Shown: in pieces, positions 54,089-64,000 of the stretch
How positions within the stretch are numbered: position 1 is the first letter of the stretch
How the letters are laid out: the number at the start of each line of letters is the position of its first letter
Origin: Spizellomyces punctatus DAOM BR117
Lineage: Eukaryota
Length of the DNA stretch: 64,000 nucleotides
Assembly (NCBI GenBank): GCA_000182565.2
Contig: KQ257455.1
Direction: 5' to 3' (one strand)
The notes under the pieces: model-generated
What the model was told of the DNA's origin: nothing
What the model saw: only the letters and a program-made list of their open reading frames with translations
Databases searched by the model: none
Position numbers and translations under genes: made by a program

Positions 54089-55093
54089 ATCCATCAATTT
54101 GAGAGGTACGTAATTATCCCCCTTTGCAGCCTTATTCCTCAGATGGCTGACACTCATTTGGATCTCGTACAAGGCTTCTGACGATGGCACACTGATTGGA
54201 TATTGAGATATATTTGGTTATATGAGAAGAGAGCCCACAGCTGTATTACCTCAATTGCTGTAAATAATCATTTCCATATGCCTTTCATGAAATATGATAT
54301 CATTGCCAATTTGAACTTGCTCTGCATAAAATTGCTCGGTGACAAGGGTTTCTTGCTTACAGCATTAGCGATGTGGGATTATGATATTAGGATATAGCTC
54401 CCACTTTATCTGGTATCCGCTTAACTGAAAAAGAAATCACCGCGCCTTTGGTTACTACTGACAAGATCTGAATTCTCCTGATGGCACAATAGTTTAGCTG
54501 GTTTATTCAAAGGGAGGCGCACTGGACTCGCTGGAGCATAACAGGTTGGATAAAGGCACATTGGTTACGTAAGCTACATTTTAATAAAAACTCCGACGGA
54601 CGGAGGGGACCCACGCCCGATGACCGAGGGCCACAAATATGGGGGCGCTCAGAAACCAGGAACTGGAATTGTTTACAGGAGCGCAGTGTGGCTGTCCGAT
54701 TGGCTGTTTACTCAAAAGACTATTTCCGTCTGGTAAATGGAATGGAAGATACTATTTACCGTTTGCATTGTTCCGATTTTGCTTTCTGCTTCCCTAGGAG
54801 AACAATATGAGAATATTATCGTTCAATTATCGACGGTATGTTTTGCATAAATATAATTGAAGGTACAATGAAGCCTGGATGCCGAGTTCGAGGATTCAAA
54901 CATGTGACCGCGGATCGTTATGAAGGGGATTTTCTTGCATGCATTACCTTACTTGCTAAAGTTGATTTTGACAATGAGGATCTAACGTACCATAGACAAT
55001 ATTGTGTTGACCGAGGGCAAGGTTCTAGGCCATGTCGTGCGTCAAAACGTTTTTAAAGAAGGGGGATAAAAGGACGCTTAAAAGGTTGCCGTC

Positions 55094-55119
55094 TCCGATC
55101 ACAGTATCCGATCACAGTA
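55094..55119. repeat. 13-bp direct duplication TCCGATCACAGTA x2 upstream of 7-TM gene
   Basis: Exact tandem copy ending about 40 nt before ATG 55161. Confidence 0.9.
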
Positions 55120-55160
55120 CCTGTATCTAAAGCGTAAATACAAAGTCGTGAAGCAGCAGA

Positions 55161-56094
55161 ATGGACGTCGGACCTCTAGTCGCCGCGTAAGTTTATTTAG
55201 TCACCTTTTGGTTGTGTCTGTTCCCTCAATGACCAGGCGATTGCTTTCCATAGTGACTACACTGGCATTATTATCACTTTGATCATTTTAGGAACATGCT
55301 GGGAAAATATTCAGCTTATCAAAGATGTGCAGCTCAAGGTCGCAATTCTGGCGTTTTTCATCTGTTGGATCATCGCACTTTCTGTAAATTGTTTCACTTG
55401 GCGCGCTCTTGGGGACGGCAATATCGATGGTTTCCTGCGACTCAATATCGTAAATTCAACCTTCTGGAACATTGCGATATTGGCCCAATCGTACTATTCC
55501 GTGCGTCGAACGTGCATGATCTATCACCTGTCTACCAAGCTCCAAAATGCGATTCCGGTTTCACTGAACATCATTCAAGCAGTCATCCAATTTACTGCCA
55601 TGGCGCTCTGGAACATTGATTTTAAACAGTACTATGGAACGTACGCGTCCCCAGCAACCGGCAAATCAGCAATAGCCACAGTCTCCTATATCATTCCGGC
55701 AGAAATCATCTACTTCAGTCTTCTGCAGATCAAGATTGCTCAATGCGCCACCGCCTTCGATCGCAACAGGAACTGGAGCAAGCTCGTAGCGCTCTGGTTG
55801 GAAGCAATTGTCCGTGTTGCTCTCTACGTCGTCATCATAGCGTTGAGTTACACAACGGCGTCGAATTATATTCCTCAGATCACGTACTGGTCTTTCGTAA
55901 TGGTTTTGCCTGCGATGATACCCGTAATATTCTTGACAGACATCAATCGCTTCCAGAAGGCTCTGAAGAATAGAAGCAACCACAATGGCCCCAGCAGTCT
56001 GGAATCCCAACGAAAGCCTTCCTCGGTAGGAAGGGAAGGTGAATCAGTGCACATTAAAGCTACGGCCACTGCGTCCGGGACCCAAAATCACTAG
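55161..56094 (+). CDS. Orphan seven-transmembrane (GPCR-like) protein; intron 55187-55253
   Basis: MDVGPLVAA|DYTGIIITLIIL...; seven hydrophobic segments, basic residues after TM3 (YSVRR), Ser/Thr-rich C-tail. Confidence 0.75.
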
Positions 56095-56383
56095 AAGGCT
56101 GCCGGTCGGCGAGATAAAGATTGCGTGCAGATATTTGCATGTGATACACATTCTACCTACGCTAGGTGCCAGATGTTCGGCTATATCGTGGATCATGTCC
56201 GTAGACCCGCGTTGTTCAGATCTATAAAAGTTTGAAGTTTATGATGGGTCAAGGGTGCTAGATACCACCTAGTTAATGCTAGCTCTCAGTTGGGATTGGA
56301 AATATACAAGTGACATCCTACCGAATTTCTTTATGACTTAAGGCACAGTCTCCAAGTCCCTGCTCACAATGGATGCAGGCAAT

Positions 56384-59365
56384 CTAATAGTAAAATGCGC
56401 ATAGTTGTCCATCAACATCATTGCATCCCTCCATAGCTAATCGCCAGATGCAGCTTCCTTCTCCACTTCCGTCTGACCTGTACGCCCAATCTAAGACTTC
56501 ATTACTTGTAACAGGTTTTACATCGTTAGATGCGGTTGCAACCGTGACATGTGGTATGGCATTGCAACTACGAATGTCTGCGGGCATTCCGTCCACTACA
56601 ATGGCCATCACACGGTCATCCCAGACCACTTCTTTGAAACTAATGCGCACTGGTATTCCAGGTCCTGTTTGTGCAGATGCCTGAGAGGCAAAAGGATGGG
56701 CGTCAACGTATTCCGCAATTCTCTGGGCATATACTTTAGACAGTTCTTCGGCCTTGGAATCCCCACGTCGCGTCATGCAAAGCGTCACATGCCATCCTTT
56801 CAGCTTCTGTTCTTCTACGCGTCTGGCCGACACCAGAGACTCCCACGTTTTTCGCACTTCAGGTTCTTGTTTCAAAAACAATTTAGTCAGGAGCCCAGCA
56901 AGATCAAAGGATGGGTCCAATCTAATGCCGTAGTACAGCGGCTTCCTCCTGGCGCTCGAATCTTTGACAACCTTGCAGACAGTCTCTTGATAGGCCAACG
57001 ATGCCTCATATGCTTCAGTGTAGGCAGCGGTACTTGGTCCTGGGAGGCCCAGCACGGGCAATATCTTGGAGAGGTGTGCTCGGGGGCTATCAGTGAAGCT
57101 CAATGTAACAACTATATCGATGAGTGAATCTGCTTCAATTGTTTTGTCAACTGGATCACGCCTCATCGTGAAGTTCCGGATCACTTTCCGATAGTCCGCG
57201 GCACGTTTTGGTGTTAATGATTGATGATTCTCACCTCTAAGATTGAATCATTTAAGGCTTTGCAATTGGATACACCACGAAAGACCGTGTGAGATGAAGA
57301 TCTGGTTGCACTTACCGCTCAACTACTCGCTTTGCGGCCAGCTCTACTACTGGCTCAATTCCCTTGTCTTCAACAAACTTGTCAATTTGCCAATCCAATG
57401 CCACAATTGTACCTCCAGGATATCGTTGCTTGAAGGCCTTTGTAATGGTTAGCCGATGCTGCGACAGATGATTGTTTTTGTCGGCATACACGATGTCGTT
57501 TCTCTCAAAACCGTCCAGCACCGCGCGTTCAAATACATTGGCTGCCTTCTTCGCCACAATATTATCACTCTGAATGTGTCCAATGCGGGGGAACAGATGA
57601 GTCAGAAGACGGCCCAAAAACGTCTTCCCCGCGCCTATGGTAGCGATAGGCAGAACAAGAGTTTTGTCAGTGCCGAAGAGGCTTCCCAGCTTGCGGCCGT
57701 CCGACTGCTTCGCCGAAGTCTGCGATTCTTCACATCTGGCTTTCAAAGTCGCGCCACTGATGCGGCGAGCTTCTTCTGCCTCCATTTCTTCCTCTGTCTT
57801 GAGAGTGGCCTCTCCCCGTGCAAACTCCTCAGTAGTGCGCCGTGCTTCAGCTACAATGTGCTCGCCAATGTTTGGAAGACGGGCCTCTTGTAAGAAGAGA
57901 TTTCTCGCTCTAATGATTCCCTTTTGCTTTCCGTAATCTCGAAACAAAATCGGATCACTTTTGAGCTTTGCACGGACCCACTCCACATATTGGCGGGTTA
58001 GCTCGAAACGCGGATTGAATTTCATTGGCTTCCCAGAAAGGACGCGGTTGGTCACTTCTCGCCATTCCCGAAACATAAGATAGGGTTCATCGTACTTGAT
58101 TTTGAAGAAGTGCATTCCGCTCGGCGGCGTTTTTCGATGACATCGAACAACAAATCCCTCGATTGCTCGTCCATTGTATGAACCTGTTGAACGGCACGAG
58201 TCACTGAAGTCCCGCACCTCTATACATCATAGATCTTTAGAAACTCCACCCGTATTTATCAACGTGACAAGTATCACCTTTAAGTGTACTCATCGTTAGA
58301 GCATCCACAATTTTGAAGCCAAATTCACTTGCTATCGGCCGTAGTTTTGAACTCTCCCACGTTTGAAATTCCGGGGTGTTCTCATTGACACCGTGCAAGT
58401 AAAGCCCACGTCGATCTGGAGGATATTCCAGAATATGTTCTTCAAAGTCATCATCGGCCAACTATATTGCCTCATTCATAAGAACAATGTCGGTCGGATG
58501 CATAGAAATATTGATCCCAGCGTCAATACCTCAAATACAGCTGTAACATCATGCTTCGCAAGAAATTTGACGAAATCCTGTCGTGTCCGCCCAGCAGACT
58601 TGAGATGTTTGTCCACCCATTCTTCGCCCTTCTGTGCATGGCTTGGCTTAGTGCTGCCATCAGAGACTGTCTCTCGAACTTGGCCTGCTCCTAATGCATG
58701 CTTTGACGTTACAACCAATTCGTCATCCAGAGCGGCCGCAAAGATGATGCAGCCATTTTCCTTTAAGGTGACCTCATAAGGTCCCTCAGTGTTGGCTGAG
58801 AGCGCTTCCCACGACGTACTAGGAACTTCTCCAACTGTGAAATGAGCGACAACAAGTTTAATGACATTGGTGATTCAATGCTGAAGCGCTGCTAATAACC
58901 ATTGAAGAACTTGTCATATCCTCTAATCACGATTTTCCAATCTCCGCTTCCATCTTCGCCCACTTCTGTGACGAAGAGTCCTCTCGCCAAGGTCGGGAAT
59001 ACCGGAGGATCTTTGCGATAAAGGCTCTCCAGACAATTGTATGAATAAATATTCCTGGTTTTGATGCCCTTGATCTTCGACACATCCTTGGGCATGCCTC
59101 TGCTTTCCCGAGGAGTAAACGTATAGCGGGTCCTACGAACGAAGGCTCTCTTTTTGCCAGCTGGCGAAACCAGTAGTGCATTGTATTCTTGAACAAGACG
59201 CGTAGCAGGGGTCAAGGTCTCCTCAAGGCTCGTACTTTCGAGCTTGCTGTTCACGACATCCAATTCTGATGCGTCGAACTGATCGGCCTGTCGATCAACT
59301 GCATCCTCAATGACTAACGGACGGGTAACATCCTGTCCAAGCTTGTGCTTATTCTTTTTGCCCAT
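56384..59365 (-). CDS. TRL1: Fungal tRNA ligase (ligase + kinase + cyclic phosphodiesterase)
   Basis: ARGLF, IRGYDKFFN, KENGC (motif I), DDDFEEHILEY, LYLHGVN, IEGFVVRC, FFKIKYDEPYLMFREWRE, kinase PIATIGAGKT and ADKNNH, CPD HVT..HVT motifs. Confidence 0.95.
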
Positions 59366-59717
59366 GGCAACAGCCAAGAATATTTGACGGAACCTGAATC
59401 TCGGCTGATACGATAAGTTAAGTCGGATGGAGAAAAGAAGGGCGGCGGACAATGTCCCAGACATGTACCTTCAACGAACTTTACAAACTTGAGGAACTTG
59501 GCCTCTGGTGAGTCATGATGGCACAGCTTTGTCATCAATAAAACTGTGCCACAACCGTGAAGCCCCCAAATTGGATCGAACCTGGTCGGGCACCAACTCG
59601 CCGCTTGTGGCCTTGTCGCATCGTCAACAACGGCCGTCACCCACACACGCGAGGCGAGCGTGCGCATCACACAAATCATCGAAGGCACTTTTGAGACGGC
59701 GACTGGACCCTTGCAAC

Positions 59718-61624
59718 ATGCCGTTGGTGAGTGTGGCAAGGAATAGGTTTGCCAGTGATCCACGGCGGGTCGCTGTGATTGTTCGGAGAGGTTAACTGTG
59801 ACATTCTCCGACAGGAATACGCACTTCAGTTCCGTGGGCGGTTTCCCGACCCAGGCCCGTGGAAGCTACCTCGTTCGTTCACTGCAAGACTCTCCGAGCC
59901 TCTTGGGATAAGTGATTTGCCAGTCCAGCGCGTTCGCAGGTCGAAACGTCGCCCTTATATGTTCAACATTATGGTTGTTGGTGCGTTTCGCGATACACTT
60001 ATATATCTGCAGCACTAGCATTATTTTGCCCTTCATCTCACGCTTACATGTGAAGGTGAATCTGGATTGGGCAAAACAACATTCATGAACACGCTTTTCA
60101 ACGCACCCTTGACGGAGCAGAGAACTCCAAAGAACCTCTCTGCCTCGAAAACAGTGGCTATTGATCCCACTACTTATGGTAAAACCCCATACACGGATCA
60201 TCATTGGGATTTACCAAATGTAATTTTATAAACGTGCGCGAATTTCTCAGAGCTCACGGAAGACGGAGTCACATTGATGCTAACCGTCATCGACACCCCT
60301 GGGTTCGGCGATCAACTGAACCGGGAAACGAGGTAAGACCATGTCATGGAGCCTCTATGCAATAGACCAGTTTGTGGACCTGCATCCTTACCGTGTAATT
60401 CTCTAGCTTTGAGCCCATTGTGGACTATATCGATGCTCAGTACGACCTTTATCTCCAAGCCGAAAGTAGCCAGGAAATGCGGCGAAACATTAGGGATACT
60501 CGTGTCCACGCCCTGCTTTATTTCATTACGCCTTCAGGAGATAATGGGTACGTGACAGATATTTGGTAACGGCCACAGAAGATTTTGCTGAATGAGGCGT
60601 TCAGGTTGAAGGAGTTAGATGTTGAATTTCTCCAGCGGCTGTCCACTAAGGTCAATGTCATTCCTGTCATTGCGAAGGCAGACACATTGACGCCTGAGGA
60701 AACGTCAGCATTCAAAAAAGCGGTCAGTAATCCATGGTAATGCGTTGGCAGTTGATCTTGTCCGCTCAACTGGCACGTTATTTAGATATTAAGAGACTTT
60801 GAAAGACATGATATTCGTGTGTATCCCACGGCACATGCGGAGGATCGGGAAACCCTCGTCGACCTCGAAAGATACATGCCCTTTGCCGTCATTGGTAGTG
60901 ATGATTTCATAGACGTTGGAGGCAAGAAAGTGCGTGGTCGGTCATACCGCTGGGGTGCCGTGGAGGGTATGTGTGATCGGTCGTACTGTGACGTATTTTT
61001 ATGAACCCAAAATAATCTTTTCTCGTTTGCAGTTGAAAATGACAAACATTGCGATTTCGTACACCTCCGGGAATTGCTGATCAGGTAACACCTTTTCGTA
61101 TGTACTTGCCATTTTATTCGCTTACAAATGATTCGGTTTAGGTCTAATCTTCAAGATCTCATCGAAACAACCCAAACCGTTCATTACTCCCAATATCGTT
61201 CCCAACAAATCCGTGAACAGGGTCGTCCTGAGTCGTTCCTTGCATGTGATGAATTTTACGAATCAAGAATCGAGAATGCTAAGCGAAGCCTTGCCGATGA
61301 TATGCAGCGTAAGGAGGATGAGATGCGGCAGATGTTTGTTGCGAAAGTGCGGGAGAAGGAGGCCAGTTTGCGGTACGTTAGAACCATGAAATTCTGATAA
61401 ATCGAATTGATGCTGATCTTCTGATATTAGGGAACGGGAAGAAGCACTAGCGCTTAAACGTCAGCAGATGATGGAGGAACTTGAAAAGATTCGCCGAAGC
61501 ATTGAAGCGGAGGAGAGTACATACAACGAGATGCTCAAGTACGTATACCAGTCCCACATAGAGATGGACTGTGGAATCTGACGCACATCCTTTTATTAGG
61601 GCGAAGGGGACGCAAAAGAAGTAG
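59718..61624 (+). CDS. Septin with C-terminal coiled coil (Cdc3/SEPT7-like)
   Basis: [78 protein letters not shown]. Confidence 0.93.
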
Positions 61625-61871
61625 ACGCCTATGCATGACAGATTTTATATGTTTTAAAAGTACCTCTTTACGATACATTAAAAGAAATAAAAATGACACA
61701 TTTAAATTGCACTTAGGTTCATGGGTGCCAATCTTCTGGGCAATATTGGCGTGAGCGAAGCAACCAAGGTGCGGATCTCATCTCAGTCACGTGAATCTCA
61801 ACTGAACTCATTCTGGAGCTCACCTGGAGGTCACTACGCTAGCACAGAGATTATCATTTGGGAATAGAAGG

Positions 61872-62910
61872 ATGCTACTTCTCACAGGACCCACATGGCC
61901 TACTTTCGACTTTGTTAAGCCTCGGGATGATAGTGCCATATGCACAACAGGGCGGTTTACAATACAGGGACAGCCTCTCTTCACTCAGGCAGAGGAAGAT
62001 CAGGGTCTTGGTGAGGCGGACAGGCTTGGGCACGAGGCCAAAACAGCGTTGACAGTATGGGATTGTGTGCGTACATGCTGAAAAGATGTATTTCAGAAAT
62101 ACAAATAAAAAATGCACTGCTGACAACATGATTACTTGGGATCTCAAAGAGCGTAATTCTTGCCAAAATGCTGGAATATCAGAACACTCGCGCCGCTACG
62201 GCCATATCAGAGTTTGATGTTCGCGGAAAACGAGTGATTGAGCTGGTTGGTTGATGTCACACATAAACCTTACCCTCGTTAAGCTGTGATTTGCAAATAC
62301 AGGGTGCAGGAAGAGCGTTGGTTGGTATGGCTGCCGCAGTACTAGGAGCGAACGTCGTCGTGACAGATGTGGATGACGTTCTGCCTGCTCTGAAAAAAGT
62401 GATTGCGTTAAACGAGCATATTATTGCATCGGATAAAGCAGAGAGCGAACTCAGTGGAAAAGGACGGATAGAGGGTGTTTGCAATTTAGATTGGACCCAA
62501 AGGTTCCTTACACGTTGAATAACGCTGCGTTCAAACTCGTAACTGACCAGCTTTTGTGTCCAAGATCGAACGTCATTTCAATGCTCCAACCCCCTTTTGA
62601 TCTAATCCTCGCCGCTGATGTCGTTTGGCTGTATGATTTAATCGAACCTCTAGTAGCAACCATTGCAGGTATGCTAACATAATTTGAAGATTTGCGATCC
62701 GACACTAACACACTGACAGAACTCTCCTCTCCAAATACAACGACCCTTCTCGCCTACCAATCACGAGCCCTCAGGGCGGATCGACAACTCTTTTCAGCTT
62801 TGGAGAACCATCGCCTTAGCTGGGAAATTCTCGGGGACGAGCAGTTAGATCTATTCTATCGGAAGGACAATGTTGTGATATATCGCATTCAAAAGAGGAG
62901 GCATGGATAA
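61872..62910 (+). CDS. SAM-dependent protein lysine methyltransferase (METTL21/Methyltransf_16 family)
   Basis: TALTVWDC|SVILAKML, GKRVIEL|GAG, VVVTD, LDW, FDLILAADVVW. Confidence 0.88.
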
Positions 62911-63573
62911 AGACAATCCATAGGGATTCAGTGAAAAACGAGATCCGTTCCCACTGCGTAGCGCACTCGAGACTTTATTAATGCGTACTCATAACATGTC
63001 GGTATTGAATACACAGTTGGCGACCAACAACCGTCGGTGCGGGTTCAACGAAAGCGGCTTTAGGCGGACACAATGGTGTTCCTACCATTAATCTACTGAG
63101 GATGGGTGCATTCCCGCTAATATTGTTTCGTGCAGAGGGATTCTTGCAGACATGTTGACGTTTTGCTATGTATACATTGATGAATCTATGCCGCAAGAGG
63201 TGAAATAAGACGGAGAAGATTTGGGCGCGGTACGCTTCGTGTGAAACCTTGTGGATAATAAGAATATAACGGTGAGTAATGAAATTCGGACAATATCTTG
63301 CTATGCTCACTCGACTGTCGACCCGCAAGTCACAAAGTATGCGGTGAATGCAATCCAAAGACTACATCCATTCGCGACTACCTGGACTTCACCACATACC
63401 CAAGTAAAGGATGAAGGGAATGAACCCGATATGCACTGCCTTCTTGCCCCAGTCAAAGAGCTTCATGATGCGTTCGCGAGTCTCTTCCTGCATGTTGGCT
63501 TTTCTAGTGTGATTGGCAGAATGAACAACGGCAAAGGGAAAACTGCAAACTGAGAACGGAAATGTTCCTCCCT

Positions 63574-63587
63574 GTTGCTATGGAAAC
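63574..63587. promoter_or_regulatory. RFX X-box GTTGCTATGGAAAC
   Basis: Exact fit to GTYNYY-AT-RRNAAC, ending 59 nt before the PRL-like ATG. Confidence 0.7.
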
Positions 63588-63645
63588 AACCAAGCAATGG
63601 ATGACGTGAAAATGCAGCAGCATCACCATCGTTCCATCCTCCGCA

Positions 63646-64000
63646 ATGGCCTCAAACCATTCCCCTTACTCTCAGCGCCTCTCAGTTGTTGATGATCCAC
63701 GGTCGCCAATAACATATCTCATCACGGACTGTCCTAACGAAAAGTCATTGTTGGAGGATTATCTTCCACTGTTGCAAGCGCACGACTGCAGCAATGTAGT
63801 GCGCTTGTGCGATGGTGGGGCTTACAACGCCGATCCTTTGCGTCAGCACGGCATAACAGTTTGGGACTGGCCTTTTGAAGATGGTAAACAGGATGCTACT
63901 TTTTACATTGGTCAAGGAGCAGGCTGATCGACTTCGCGACAGGGTCGGTCCCACCTGAAGCGATAATATCAGCCTATCGTGACATGCTTGACTCGTTAAC
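63646..64000 (+). CDS. PRL/PTP4A-like protein tyrosine phosphatase, 5' part (runs off window)
   Basis: YLITDCP....L..Y...L......VVRLC....Y....L...GITVWDWPFEDG|SVPP matches the PTP4A N-terminus and WPF.DG loop. Confidence 0.8.

Overview
Gene-dense, intron-rich eukaryotic DNA (introns mostly 50-110 nt, GT..AG). Epsilon-tubulin and a TTC25/ODAD4-like gene occur together with fungal markers (Trl1 tRNA ligase, Cet1-type RNA triphosphatase, Bzz1), which points to a zoosporic fungus, probably a chytrid (inference). About 36 protein-coding genes can be assembled by hand, mostly housekeeping (ASCC2/CUE3, ELP6, CET1, BZZ1, WDR70, GPI16, SRPK/SKY1, LSM5, RVB2, DAD1/OST2, CHK1, TypA, SAM synthetase, NIMA/NEK2, PGK, TRL1, septin, PRL phosphatase) and largely arranged as tight head-to-head and tail-to-tail pairs. 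Two assembly gaps fall inside genes. The best candidate for a new system is a gene-sparse island at about 52.0-56.4 kb. It holds a secreted protein built from tandemly duplicated 150-nt exon + 56-nt intron modules (50-aa Gly/Arg/Trp/Tyr repeats with G-R-R/G-R-K sites), directly followed by an orphan 7-TM receptor-like gene. Other notable signals are near-perfect RFX X-boxes, recurrent RTCACGTG promoter motifs, a duplicated promoter-like/spliced non-coding unit upstream of CHK1, microexons and GC-AG introns. All assignments come from motif recognition, not database searches. Exon boundaries were placed manually.
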